Assembly (NCBI GenBank): GCA_024695105.1
Contig: JAILIV010000046.1
Coordinates: forward strand, 1-51,397
Reading direction: 5' to 3'
Origin: Bacilli bacterium
Lineage (GTDB): Bacteria; Bacillota_I; Bacilli_A; RFN20; CAG-826
DNA length: 51,397 nt
In this document: in pieces, positions 18,483 to 27,656 of the stretch
Layout of the letters: each line of letters opens with the position of its first letter
Numbering within the stretch: the first letter of the stretch is position 1
Made by a program: the position numbers and the translations under genes
The notes under the pieces: model-generated
What the model was told of the DNA's origin: nothing
The model's input: the letters and a program-made list of their open reading frames with translations, nothing else
Databases searched by the model: none

Positions 18483-18506
18483 CCCCTTTGGGGTTATCCT
18501 CTTTTT
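18479..18506 (+). terminator. Terminator between the convergent HxlR and thioesterase genes
   Basis: Perfect ATAACCCC-TTT-GGGGTTAT stem with T-rich tail. Confidence 0.6.
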
Positions 18507-18552
18507 GGCCTTTTTTCAAGGCTTTCTTTTCATCGTTTTGGGCGAATACCTT

Positions 18553-19266
18553 CTAATTTTCTTCAATCAGTCCGTATTTAATTTGGGCTTCAAAGGCGAT
18601 TCTATCCCCGACGACGCCGCGGACATAGGTGCATTCCTCATCGCTATAAATGTCAACGGTCTCACCTTCTCGTATCTCGGATTCGTATTGGATCAACAGC
18701 TCTTTGAACTGCCACTTATCGAAGAATGAAGCGGGGTGAAGATTGGTAAGCATCTCAATGTAACGTACGTTGTTCAAATGGCCATTAAGATCCAAATCCG
18801 CATACTCGATCTTGCGCGAGTAGCGTAGCGCGCACGGCTTCTGAACCACCTTCCCAGGCAAAGGGATTTCGGTTCCGTTGGTCTGGTTCACGGAAGGCAA
18901 ATTAGGACGCATTTCGACCCTTCTCGTGTCCTCATGGATCAACGCCCAAATGGAGGATATCTCCGCCGCGACGTTGCCCTGCTCGTCCCATAACGTTGCG
19001 TAACGCGGAAAGAAAAACGCCTTCTTTTCCCCGGAGTGCGTCTCGATCTGCGCGGTCGACAAATACTTCGGCATCGCGCCAAAGCGCACGTACACGCGGC
19101 TAAAAACCCATAGGAGGCCCATCTGGTTCGTTTTTTCGTGACCATAGCCAATGTTCTCCGCATCGATAATCGCTGCGTCCTGGAAGGCGCGGAAAAGCCA
19201 AGGCACGGTTAGACGCAGGCTAGGCCCGACGAGCGTGGAGACGATGGGAAGGGACTGTTTGTACAT
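18553..19266 (-). CDS. Acyl-ACP thioesterase (FatA-like double hotdog)
   Basis: FQDAA, LWVFSR, ADLDLNGHLNNVRY, IQYESEI. Confidence 0.88.
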   Translation of the reverse strand: MYKQSLPIVSTLVGPSLRLTVPWLFRAFQDAAIIDAENIGYGHEKTNQMGLLWVFSRVYVRFGAMPKYLSTAQIETHSGEKKAFFFPRYATLWDEQGNVAAEISSIWALIHEDTRRVEMRPNLPSVNQTNGTEIPLPGKVVQKPCALRYSRKIEYADLDLNGHLNNVRYIEMLTNLHPASFFDKWQFKELLIQYESEIREGETVDIYSDEECTYVRGVVGDRIAFEAQIKYGLIEEN

Positions 19267-19302
19267 AAGCGCTAAGTAATTATACCCTCACGTAAAAAAG
19301 GA

Positions 19303-19331
19303 TTGAACGCAAAACGGGAGAGGGCAATAAT
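19303..19331 (+). promoter_or_regulatory. Promoter of the tRNA-Val/Thr pair
   Basis: TTGAAC-17 nt-AATAAT upstream of tRNA-Val. Confidence 0.5.
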
Positions 19332-19354
19332 TATGTGCCCTTGTGGCGAGGAAT

Positions 19355-19429
19355 GGGTGTTTAGCTCAGTGGGAGAGCGCTTCCTTCACACGGAAGAGGT
19401 CGAGGGTTCGAAACCCCCAACACCCACCA
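19355..19429 (+). tRNA. tRNA-Val(CAC)
   Basis: GGGTGTT/AACACCC acceptor stem, anticodon arm CTTCC-TTCACAC-GGAAG, encoded CCA. Confidence 0.95.
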
Positions 19430-19467
19430 TTGCAATACCCTCCCGCCGTAATGGCGGGATTTCATTT

Positions 19468-19543
19468 GCCGCTTTAGCTCAATTGGCAGAGCAATTGATT
19501 TGTAATCAATAGGTTGTAGGTTCGATTCCTATAGGCGGCACCA
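19468..19543 (+). tRNA. tRNA-Thr(UGU)
   Basis: GCCGCTT acceptor stem, anticodon arm ATTGA-TTTGTAA-TCAAT, encoded CCA. Confidence 0.95.
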
Positions 19544-19618
19544 ATAGGCATTTCTCCGTGGCGATGGCCGCGGTTTTCTTTAGTTACGCGCGCATAATGC
19601 GCGAACTTCATTTTCCTC

Positions 19619-19647
19619 TTGAAGTGCACTGGGTCGGGGTATATATT
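19619..19647 (+). promoter_or_regulatory. Promoter of tRNA-Ile
   Basis: TTGAAG-17 nt-TATATT upstream of tRNA-Ile. Confidence 0.6.
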
Positions 19648-19669
19648 ATTTGGGCACTTCGGTGCGTGT

Positions 19670-19746
19670 GGGCCTTTAGCTCAGTTGGTTAGAGCGTCCG
19701 CTTGATAAGCGGGAGGTCGATGGTTCGAGCCCATTAAGGCCCACCA
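19670..19746 (+). tRNA. tRNA-Ile(GAU)
   Basis: GGGCCTT/AAGGCCC acceptor stem, anticodon arm TCCGC-TTGATAA-GCGGG, encoded CCA. Confidence 0.95.
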
Positions 19747-19759
19747 AATCCATGAATAT

Positions 19760-19781
19760 CCGCCTTCGGGCGGTTTTCTTT
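19760..19781 (+). terminator. Intrinsic terminator after tRNA-Ile
   Basis: CCGCC-TTCG-GGCGG then TTTTCTTT. Confidence 0.8.
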
Positions 19782-19874
19782 CGCTCTCCCACCAGTTGAT
19801 TGCCTTCGCCTAACAAGCAATCGAATAACCAAGGATCTTCGTTTAAAGTTTTGGTGACCCAAGGAGGTACCAAC

Positions 19875-20912
19875 ATGGAACTAGGAACCAAAATCAAACA
19901 GCTTCGGGAGAAGGCCGGGCTGACGCAAAAACAATTAGCCGACACGCTCTTTCTAAGCCCGCAGTCGATATCCAAATGGGAGAACCTTTCCTCGATGCCG
20001 GAAATCTCCTTGCTCCCGAAGATCGCCGAAGCCTTCGGGGCCACCATCGACGAGTTGTTCGACTTATCCGTCGAGGACAAGCTCAACCGCATCGAACGGC
20101 GCCTCGACCTGGAGCCAAAACTGTCCGATCAATCCTTCGATGAATATGAAGGCTACCTAAAGGAACAGCTGGACAATAAAGAACAGCATGAGCGGGCGCT
20201 AAGCCTATTGGCCTATCTCCATGGGCACCGTCTCATGTCTTCCGCCGAGGAATGCGCCCGTTACGCGAAACAAGCCATTCGGGAAAACCCAGGCGAAAAA
20301 GACAGCCAGTGGCTTTTGGCTAAAGCCAAATACCATTACGTGTGGGATTGGAACATTCACAACCACACCGGCGTGATCGACTTCTATAAGGGCGTCGTTG
20401 AGGATAACCCCAACGTCCCATTGCCCTACCTTTACCTCATCGACCAGCTCATCGCGGACCACCGTTGCAAGGAAGCGGAGGCCTACATCCAACGTTATGA
20501 AAAGCTAGAAGGCGCTAAGCCCATTATGGCCAGCGCTTATAAAGCGCGGATCGCGTTGGCCCGTTTTGACGAAAAGGAGGCGGACGCCATCATCGAAAGG
20601 ATGGTGAAGGATCATCAAGATGACTCGGGCGCGCTATTTGAGGCGGCCCAATACTACGCGGACAAGGCTCAATACGAAAAAGCGATCCCCTATTATGAAC
20701 AATCGTTTGAGAAGTCGACGCGGAAACCCCGCTACATCGACGAACTCATGGCCATATCCGACATCTACCAAATCATGGGCGAATACAAGAAGGCGGCGGA
20801 AACCATCGACCGCATCTTGAAGTGCCAAAGGGAAGAATGGGGCATGAGCGAAGAGGTCGAACTCAAACAATACGAAATCGCAAAGGCCGAACTGCTAAAG
20901 AAAGCCAACTGA
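19875..20912 (+). CDS. XRE-family HTH regulator with C-terminal TPR repeats
   Basis: LGTKIKQLREKAGLTQKQLA...SISKWE...PEISLLPKIA; TPR-like helices such as ALFEAAQYY...YEKAIPYYEQS; RBS AAGGAGG fixes the start at 19875. Confidence 0.88.
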   Translation: MELGTKIKQLREKAGLTQKQLADTLFLSPQSISKWENLSSMPEISLLPKIAEAFGATIDELFDLSVEDKLNRIERRLDLEPKLSDQSFDEYEGYLKEQLDNKEQHERALSLLAYLHGHRLMSSAEECARYAKQAIRENPGEKDSQWLLAKAKYHYVWDWNIHNHTGVIDFYKGVVEDNPNVPLPYLYLIDQLIADHRCKEAEAYIQRYEKLEGAKPIMASAYKARIALARFDEKEADAIIERMVKDHQDDSGALFEAAQYYADKAQYEKAIPYYEQSFEKSTRKPRYIDELMAISDIYQIMGEYKKAAETIDRILKCQREEWGMSEEVELKQYEIAKAELLKKAN

Positions 20913-20917
20913 AAAAC

Positions 20918-20946
20918 GGGCCAAGGAAAACAAACCTTGGCCCTTT
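20918..20946 (+). terminator. Hairpin/terminator after the XRE-TPR gene
   Basis: GGGCCAAGG-N8-CCTTGGCCC then TTT. Confidence 0.6.
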
Positions 20947-20956
20947 CGTTATCCAT

Positions 20957-20981
20957 AAGAAAAGGCAGTCCGAAGACTGCC
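20957..20981 (-). terminator. Intrinsic terminator of rplM-rpsI
   Basis: Minus strand GGCAGTC-TTCG-GACTGCC then TTTTCTT. Confidence 0.8.
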
Positions 20982-21001
20982 AATTGCGTTCTGGTAGGCG
21001 A

Positions 21002-21394
21002 TTAACGCTTGGAGAACTGAGGAGCGCGACGAGCGGCTTTGAGACCGTATTTCTTACGCTCTTTGACGCGGGCGTTGCGGGTGAGCATGCCATGCTCTTT
21101 CAGCGTGGCGCGATCTTCGCCAGCCTCGAGCAACGCGCGGGCGATGCCAAGACGGATGGCCTCAGCCTGGCCGGTGAAGCCGCCGCCTTTGACGAAGGCA
21201 ACGACGTCATAACGGTCTTCGGCGCCCAGCATGGAGAGGGGCTGCTTGAGGTTGAGGAGAAGGGTCTCGAAGGGGAAGTATTCCTTCACGGCGTGGCCGT
21301 TGACGGTGATCTCGCCCTTACCCGAGGTGAGGTAGACGCGGGCGATGGAGGATTTTCTCCTGCCGGTTCCGTAGTATTGGGTTCCTTTAGCCAT
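21002..21394 (-). CDS. rpsI: 30S ribosomal protein S9
   Basis: [43 protein letters not shown]. Confidence 0.99.
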   Translation of the reverse strand: MAKGTQYYGTGRRKSSIARVYLTSGKGEITVNGHAVKEYFPFETLLLNLKQPLSMLGAEDRYDVVAFVKGGGFTGQAEAIRLGIARALLEAGEDRATLKEHGMLTRNARVKERKKYGLKAARRAPQFSKR

Positions 21395-21405
21395 GGTTTA
21401 TCTCC

Positions 21406-21849
21406 TTATTTGCTGAGGTCCAGAGCGATGGGGTTCTGGGCCTGGTGTTTGTGCTCGGCGCCTTCGTAGACGTAGAGCTTCTTGACCATCTGACGGCCAA
21501 GGCGTCCCTTGGGGACCATGCCCCAGACGGCACGCTCGACCATTTCGATCGGGTATTCCTCGAGCATGACGCCGGAGGTGCGGGTGCGGAGGCCACCGTT
21601 GTAGCCGGAGACGTTGTAGTAGTTCTTCTTGGTCTTCGGGTGATTGCCGGTGAGCTTCACTTTCTTCGCGTTGATGATGATGACGTTGTCACCGCAGTCA
21701 ACGTTCGGGGTGTAGGTGGGTTTGTTCTTTCCCATGAGGATGACCGCGACTTTGGAGGCGAGGCGACCCAGAGGGATATCGGTGGCATCGACGACGTACC
21801 AGTTACGGACGATTCCTTCGTTCTTAGCCAACGTGGTTTGACGCTGCAT
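21406..21849 (-). CDS. rplM: 50S ribosomal protein L13
   Basis: WYVVDA...LGRLAS...GKNKPTYTPNVDCGD...GMVPKGRLGR. Confidence 0.99.
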   Translation of the reverse strand: MQRQTTLAKNEGIVRNWYVVDATDIPLGRLASKVAVILMGKNKPTYTPNVDCGDNVIIINAKKVKLTGNHPKTKKNYYNVSGYNGGLRTRTSGVMLEEYPIEMVERAVWGMVPKGRLGRQMVKKLYVYEGAEHKHQAQNPIALDLSK

Positions 21850-21905
21850 TGTTTTATTCCTTTCTTTTTCGTTTCGGGGACTTCCTGTTGGAAGCGCCGA
21901 GCAAG

Positions 21906-21934
21906 ATTATGCGTACGCGGAAAGGGGATGTCAA
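21906..21934 (-). promoter_or_regulatory. rplM-rpsI promoter
   Basis: Minus strand TTGACA-17 nt-CATAAT. Confidence 0.75.
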
Positions 21935-21961
21935 AGCGATTTTCAACAATTTGTTTCCGTT

Positions 21962-21980
21962 TATACATTCATTTTGTATA
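21962..21980. promoter_or_regulatory. Inverted repeat overlapping the -10 box of the AbiEi-like gene
   Basis: TATACA-N7-TGTATA overlapping TATATT at 21977-21982. Confidence 0.45.
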
Positions 21981-21988
21981 TTGATTGT

Positions 21989-22570
21989 ATGGAAGAGAAG
22001 AAAACCGCCGTTTTGTTAGAGTATGCAGACCTCAATGACGGGTATGTTTCCGTCGAGTCCGCGAAAGGGCAAGGCATCGCCCAAACCTATCTTTCCTTCG
22101 CGGAAAAGGAAGGGCTTTTCACGAAAGTGTCGAAAGGCCTCTACATCAAGCGCGGATACATGCGCGATCCTTTTTATGAGCTCGCGTTTCGTTATCGGAA
22201 GGCGGTGTTTTCCTTGAAAAGCTGCCTATTCCTCCATGGGGTCACCCAAGAAGAGACGCTGGAAGTCCATTTGCCGCGGAACTATTGCACCCACGGCATC
22301 GAAGGCGTCTCTTCCCGACACGTGGGGGAAAAGGAGTTCACTTTGGGACAAAGCATCGTCGTCACTCCCCGTGGGAACTTCGTCAACGGCTATGACTTGG
22401 AGCGGACGATGATCGATTTGCTACGCAACCGCGTGCGTTATGGGAAAGATGACTTTTTATTTCTTTGGCGCGCGTGCAAAGAAAAATCCCCCTACCGGGA
22501 GAAGCTTGAAGCTTATGCCCAAGCCTTCCATGTGGAGGGGGAGCTTTCGTTGCTCGATTATCTGTTTTAG
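21989..22570 (+). CDS. AbiEi-like type IV toxin-antitoxin antitoxin (no toxin adjacent)
   Basis: N-terminal wHTH-like segment ending KVSKGLY; VFSLKSCLFLHG; YDLERTMIDLLR; KLEAYAQAFHV. Confidence 0.75.
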   Translation: MEEKKTAVLLEYADLNDGYVSVESAKGQGIAQTYLSFAEKEGLFTKVSKGLYIKRGYMRDPFYELAFRYRKAVFSLKSCLFLHGVTQEETLEVHLPRNYCTHGIEGVSSRHVGEKEFTLGQSIVVTPRGNFVNGYDLERTMIDLLRNRVRYGKDDFLFLWRACKEKSPYREKLEAYAQAFHVEGELSLLDYLF

Positions 22571-23274
22571 ATGTTCTCGATGTTGGTGTAGACGGTCTGG
22601 ACGTCTTCAGCTTCGTCGAGTTCCTCAAGCATCGCTTTGATCTTGGGGAGGTCTTCGTCGGCGACGGTGACCCACTCATTCGGGATGAGGGTGATTTCGC
22701 ACCGGTCGAAGTCAGTGATGCCGAGCCCTTTCAAAGCCTCTTTGGCGGCTTCAAGGGCATCCGGGGCCACATGGACCTCGATGTTGCCATCGCCGATGTC
22801 TTCCACGGACTGGACGTCCACGTCGCCAAGGATCAAGGTCTCCTCGACTTCGTCGCGGTTGCCGTATTTGAAGTTCAAGGCCCCAAGGGTCTCGAAGTTA
22901 TAGGCGACGGAAGCCATCTTGCCGCCCTTGCGGGTGCAGATGGTGCGCACGGTGACGAGGGCACGGTTGACGTTGTCGGTCAGCGTGTCGACGATGATGT
23001 TGGATCCGCTCGGGCCAAGGAATTCGTAACGCCCTTGGATATAAGCGACGGCATCCCCGCCTTTGGCCTTTTCGATGGCGCGGTCGATAACGTCTCTGGG
23101 GCACTGCTTGCGGTATTTTTCAATCGCGGCGCGCAACGCGAGGTTGGAATTGGGATCAGGCTCCCCGCTTTTGGCGGCGGCGTAGATTTCCCTAGAGGCG
23201 CGCATGTAGATCGCCGATTTCGCCTTGGCGGTTGCGGCCATGGCGGCGGCGCGGACTTCGAAATGTCTTCCCAT
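22567..23274 (-). CDS. YebC/PmpR-family protein
   Basis: MGRHFE...GEPDPNSNLALRAAI...YEFLGPSG...LTDNVNR...LEELDEAEDVQTVYTN. Confidence 0.93.
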   Translation of the reverse strand: MGRHFEVRAAAMAATAKAKSAIYMRASREIYAAAKSGEPDPNSNLALRAAIEKYRKQCPRDVIDRAIEKAKGGDAVAYIQGRYEFLGPSGSNIIVDTLTDNVNRALVTVRTICTRKGGKMASVAYNFETLGALNFKYGNRDEVEETLILGDVDVQSVEDIGDGNIEVHVAPDALEAAKEALKGLGITDFDRCEITLIPNEWVTVADEDLPKIKAMLEELDEAEDVQTVYTNIENI

Positions 23275-23361
23275 AATAAAACTCCGTTTTGTTCGGCGAT
23301 TAATATAACACCGTCAAAAAGAGGCAAAAACCCCTAATTTGCGTGGCGTATATGCGCGAGG

Positions 23362-24171
23362 CTATTTCTTTGCCTTCAAAGGACACTGCTCGAGTAAGTG
23401 AAGCCCGTGCCGCTTGGCAAACTCCACGAACCAAGAAAGGCGGGTGATAAGGTAGTCGGAAGGATCGTGGGCGTCCACCCCGATGACGACGTCCACGCCA
23501 TGTTTGGCGGCGATATCCCAAAACTGGGGGACGGGATAAGCCAAGAGGTTCTCATCCAAGGGGCGTAACCAAAAGCCGCGACGCGAAGGGGCGCAGTTGA
23601 TTTCTAGCGGCATGCCGATCGCTTTGGCTTTGGCGCAAATCGCCTCGGCCGTCTCTTCCGCCAAGGCGTCAAAACACTCCCGCCAAGAGATATAGATGTC
23701 TGGATGGGCGAAATAGGTGAATAGGCCAGAGTCCATCGCCTCCAATACATCATGACGGTACTTGAGGGTGCATTCGTCCTTGGGCAGGTTGCCATACCAG
23801 TGCATGGCGTTGTTCTCATAGAAACAATGTTGCCCCAACAAGAAGTACTCGAAATCGTCCCGAAGCAGAAGGCGCTGGTAATAGCCTTTGAAAATGGTCC
23901 CGTACCATTCCGCCTCAAAGCCAGTATGGATATCAATGACCCCCGCATATTCTTTGCGCAAGGAAGCGACGGAAAAAAGGTAATCCTCCAGCATCGCGTA
24001 CTCACCACGAATACGTGGCTGGCTCACCCAAGGGAGCATGACGTGATCGGAAAAACCAAGGGTCGTGAACCCTGCGCGAATGGCGTTTTCGACGTATTCG
24101 CGATCCGTCCCAACGGCGTGTCCGCAACGGGCGGTGTGGCTATGGAGATTGTATTTAGGGCTGTCCGCCAT
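23362..24171 (-). CDS. PHP-family histidinol-phosphatase-like hydrolase
   Basis: NLHSHTARCGHA, GFSDH, GFEAE, FAHPD, LEIN, GVDAH. Confidence 0.88.
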   Translation of the reverse strand: MADSPKYNLHSHTARCGHAVGTDREYVENAIRAGFTTLGFSDHVMLPWVSQPRIRGEYAMLEDYLFSVASLRKEYAGVIDIHTGFEAEWYGTIFKGYYQRLLLRDDFEYFLLGQHCFYENNAMHWYGNLPKDECTLKYRHDVLEAMDSGLFTYFAHPDIYISWRECFDALAEETAEAICAKAKAIGMPLEINCAPSRRGFWLRPLDENLLAYPVPQFWDIAAKHGVDVVIGVDAHDPSDYLITRLSWFVEFAKRHGLHLLEQCPLKAKK

Positions 24172-24904
24172 AAAGAACCTCCATTAAGCATAAACCCTCG
24201 GGCGGGGCTTTATAGGGAAGGATGCTCCGTGGCCCATCCGTCAAGGCATCCTCAATTTCCTTGAGGCTAAGCTTCCCGGTGGCGGCCCGGATGCAAGCGC
24301 CCACCATGAACCGGATCTGGTAGCGCATGAAGCCATCCCCTTTCACGCGAAGCCGAACGAGATTCCCCTCCTCCTCTTGACGGAGGAATAAGATCTCTAC
24401 GCATCGGATAAAACCATCCTTGTCTTCGGGTTTGGTCGTGAAATTCTGGAAATTATGAGTTCCATTAAATAGAGAAAAGGCACGCAAAAACAAATCGAAA
24501 TCGAAATCATCGCGTCGAAGTTGCGCGATTTTCCGCGTCCTTAATGGGTCGCGCTGATTCACGGTGAAAACGTATTCGTAGATTTTGCCAATGCTGGAAT
24601 GACGCGCATCGAAGCCATCGTCCACTTGTTCCAAGGAACGGACGTAAATGTCCTCGGGAAGGAGGCGGTTCAAGGCGGTAAGAAAGGCTGGGATGTCCTC
24701 AATGAGATGGCAAGGGAAAGAGAAGGTTTGGCCTAAGGCATGAACCCCGGCGTCGGTTCGCCCAGCTCCTTTGATTTGAATGGACTCCCCCGCCAAAAAC
24801 GTTAGCTGTTTCTCTAATTCGCCCTGGATGGTTTTGCCTTTGGGCTGACGCTGAAAGCCGCAATACGCTTCGCCCGAATAGGAAACGACGGCTTTGTATT
24901 TCAT
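24155..24904 (-). CDS. truA: tRNA pseudouridine(38-40) synthase
   Basis: GFQRQP, AGRTDAGVHALGQ, FDARH, GTHNF, GFMRYQIRFMVG, APPEGL; ATG 24904 overlaps the ecfT stop. Confidence 0.95.
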   Translation of the reverse strand: MKYKAVVSYSGEAYCGFQRQPKGKTIQGELEKQLTFLAGESIQIKGAGRTDAGVHALGQTFSFPCHLIEDIPAFLTALNRLLPEDIYVRSLEQVDDGFDARHSSIGKIYEYVFTVNQRDPLRTRKIAQLRRDDFDFDLFLRAFSLFNGTHNFQNFTTKPEDKDGFIRCVEILFLRQEEEGNLVRLRVKGDGFMRYQIRFMVGACIRAATGKLSLKEIEDALTDGPRSILPYKAPPEGLCLMEVLYGGQP

Positions 24905-25761
24905 AGCGCCACGATCCCCATCAATGCGAATAGATCCACATGCAGTGCAGAAAGAACGATAACCCCCGCCATGACGGCGCCGGCGAACAAGAAGGCAACC
25001 AAATCGCCCCAATGGAAACGCAGCTTCCGGTAACGGGTCCGCTTGCCGCGGGGATCATAGCAACGACATTCCATCGCGTTGGCGAGTTCTTCGCTGCGTA
25101 TAAAGCTGGAAACGAACAAAGGAACGATTAACGAGGTAAGGCCTACGATGCGTTTCGACAACCGGCCGTGGGCGAAATCAACGCCACGGGAAGATTGCGC
25201 CCGCATAACGCGTAAAGCATCCTCAAGCAACGTCGGAATGAACCGCAGGGCAATGGAAATCGTCATCGCGAATTCCTCCGCGGGGAAACGAATGACCTTC
25301 AAAGGAGTGAAATACCATTGGAGGGCGTAGGTAAGGTCCAAAGGCTTTGTGGAAGAGGTAAGCGCCATCGCCAGCATGATCATCATGACCAAACGGACCA
25401 CGATTCGGGCGGCCTCCGCAAAGGAATCCCAATACACGGTCCATCCATTTACCGACCAAGCGATTCCCAGCGTATTCTCCGCTTTCGGAACGAGAATATA
25501 GATGAGCAGCAAGAACAAAACCATGACCCACAGCGAACGAAGCGACGTCAAAATCGAATGGAGTGGGGTCTTCGTGCACGCCAAAATGACGGAGATAAGA
25601 ACCAGCAGAGTCCCCTGCACCAACAATGTCATCGACCACGTGGAAAGCGGAAAGAACACCGCGACCATCAGCATGATCACCGCGATGATTTTGACGCGGG
25701 CGTCCAAGCGATGGACCCAGGTGTCATAAGGAACGTATTTTCCAAGGGCGAAGTTATTCAT
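24901..25761 (-). CDS. ecfT: ECF transporter transmembrane component T
   Basis: HRLDARVK, SIALRFIPTL, AQSSRG, PLF, LANAMECRCY. Confidence 0.93.
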   Translation of the reverse strand: MNNFALGKYVPYDTWVHRLDARVKIIAVIMLMVAVFFPLSTWSMTLLVQGTLLVLISVILACTKTPLHSILTSLRSLWVMVLFLLLIYILVPKAENTLGIAWSVNGWTVYWDSFAEAARIVVRLVMMIMLAMALTSSTKPLDLTYALQWYFTPLKVIRFPAEEFAMTISIALRFIPTLLEDALRVMRAQSSRGVDFAHGRLSKRIVGLTSLIVPLFVSSFIRSEELANAMECRCYDPRGKRTRYRKLRFHWGDLVAFLFAGAVMAGVIVLSALHVDLFALMGIVAL

Positions 25762-26612
25762 TTCTTCCTCCCTTGGGCAATTTGCTTCGCCAGCGAAGAT
25801 ACGTCACGTAGCGTGGCGGCATCAAAGGAATAGCCTTTTTCCCCAAGGCTCTTGGCGAAATCAAATAACATCGGTTGCTGGAGCGAATATTGCGTCACGT
25901 CATCGCCAAAAAGATCCACGGGCTTACAAGTCTTAACAACTTTGCCATGGTCCAAAACGATGACGTCGGAGCAATAGGCCAACACCAAGTCCATGTCATG
26001 AGTAACCAAAATGACGGTCGTTCCCGATTGATGGACGTTTCGGAACAGATCCATCATCTCTTTGGCGCCGGCAGGGTCTAGCCCCGCGGTAGGTTCGTCC
26101 ACGACCAAATACTTTGGGTTCATCGCAAGCACGCCCGCGATGGCCACGCGGCGTTTCTCGCCACCGGAAAGTTCAAATGGGGAACGTTCAAAGAAGGATT
26201 CGTCTAAGCCAACGCGAAGCAGCGCTTCACGCGCTTTGGCTAGGGCTGTCTCTTTGTCGTCCCCGAAATTCTTTGGCCCGAAGGCAACGTCTTTCACCAC
26301 CGTTTCCTCGAACAGCTGGTATTCGGGGAACTGAAACACCAAACCCACGTTTTTACGAAGAGGGTGCGTCTTTTTATCCCGTTTCTTCTTATCCGCGGAA
26401 TTAACGAAAGAATCGATATACACCGTCCCTTGCGTTGGATTAAGAAGCGCGTTCAAATGTTGCACCAACGTGGATTTGCCGCATCCCGTCCTGCCAACCA
26501 AAGCGAGGAACTCGCCCTCTAGGATTTCTAGGTCAACACATGAAAGCGCCTGTTTTTCCATCGGTGTCCCTTTGGAATAGACATAACTGACGTTTTCGAA
26601 CTTTATCGGCAT
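25758..26612 (-). CDS. ecfA2: ECF transporter ATPase A2
   Basis: GRTGCGKST, VFQFPEYQLFEETV, SPFELSGGEKRR, DEPTAGLDP. Confidence 0.93.
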   Translation of the reverse strand: MPIKFENVSYVYSKGTPMEKQALSCVDLEILEGEFLALVGRTGCGKSTLVQHLNALLNPTQGTVYIDSFVNSADKKKRDKKTHPLRKNVGLVFQFPEYQLFEETVVKDVAFGPKNFGDDKETALAKAREALLRVGLDESFFERSPFELSGGEKRRVAIAGVLAMNPKYLVVDEPTAGLDPAGAKEMMDLFRNVHQSGTTVILVTHDMDLVLAYCSDVIVLDHGKVVKTCKPVDLFGDDVTQYSLQQPMLFDFAKSLGEKGYSFDAATLRDVSSLAKQIAQGRKK

Positions 26613-27421
26613 AGGAATGCCTCCAAAGAAGAAAGGTCTTTGACGCTATCGGGGACATTGACGCCGTTTTTCTTCAATTCGGCGAGGAGAGAATAGAAAA
26701 ACGGGGTCTCCAATCGGATGCTTTCTAGTTCCGCCTGGTGAGAGAACACTTCTTCTGGTTTGCCTTGGAGGAAGAGCTGCCCTTCGTTTAGCACGATGAC
26801 CTCGTCCGCCCTGGCCGCCTCTTCCACGTCATGGGTAATGGAAAGGACCGTCAGCTTGGGATTTTGGGCCCGAAGTCGATGCACGAGGTCGATGATTTCC
26901 TTTTTCCCTTTGGGGTCAAGCATCGAGGTGGCCTCATCGAAAATGATCAAATCAGGTCCCATAGCCAAAACGCCCGCGATAGCGACGCGTTGCTTTTGGC
27001 CGCCGGAAAGCATCGATGGTTCTCGATCTAGATAGTCCAACATGCCCGTCTCTTGGGCAAAGCGCTCGATGATGGACTGCATCTCCTCGTGGGGCACACA
27101 TTTGTTTTCCAAACCAAAGGCAATGTCATCCGCCACGGTAGAACCCACGAATTGGTTATCGGGGTTTTGGAATACGATGCCTACCTTGGAACGGATGGCA
27201 TAAATGTTTTTCCTCAGCAAAGGCAGGCCGAACAAAGTAATCTCGCCATCGAAGTCCGGTTGTAGCCCCATCAAACATTTCGCCAAAGTGGATTTGCCCG
27301 AACCGTTATGGCCGATGAGACAGCAATAAGAGCCTTCTTCCAAAGAAAAGCTAACGTCTTTGAGGGCGAATTTGTCCTCGACGTAACAATAAGAAAGATG
27401 TTTGACCTCAACGATTTTCAT
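26603..27421 (-). CDS. ecfA1: ECF transporter ATPase A1
   Basis: GHNGSGKST, VFQNPDNQFVG, LSGGQKQR, DEATSMLDP. Confidence 0.93.
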   Translation of the reverse strand: MKIVEVKHLSYCYVEDKFALKDVSFSLEEGSYCCLIGHNGSGKSTLAKCLMGLQPDFDGEITLFGLPLLRKNIYAIRSKVGIVFQNPDNQFVGSTVADDIAFGLENKCVPHEEMQSIIERFAQETGMLDYLDREPSMLSGGQKQRVAIAGVLAMGPDLIIFDEATSMLDPKGKKEIIDLVHRLRAQNPKLTVLSITHDVEEAARADEVIVLNEGQLFLQGKPEEVFSHQAELESIRLETPFFYSLLAELKKNGVNVPDSVKDLSSLEAFLCR

Positions 27422-27656
27422 CGGATTTCTCTTTCTCCAAGAAGTCCCCGCCGTATTTCTTGCGGATGATGATCTCGTTTGCCACGATGGTGCCCGTTAA
27501 GGCAAGAAGCCAAATGGCGGCCAAAACGATAAGGAGCACGACGTTCGGTTCCTTTTGGATTCCAAGCGGAACGAAAAAGGCCGCGCCCAAAAGCACGTAG
27601 GCCAAAATAATGGCCACGATGCGATAAAGCGGTCGATGATGTCCTTTATTTGACAT
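27408..27656 (-). CDS. Small two-TM membrane protein
   Basis: Two hydrophobic helices; overlaps both neighbours; GGAG upstream of ATG 27656. Confidence 0.7.
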   Translation of the reverse strand: MSNKGHHRPLYRIVAIILAYVLLGAAFFVPLGIQKEPNVVLLIVLAAIWLLALTGTIVANEIIIRKKYGGDFLEKEKSDENR

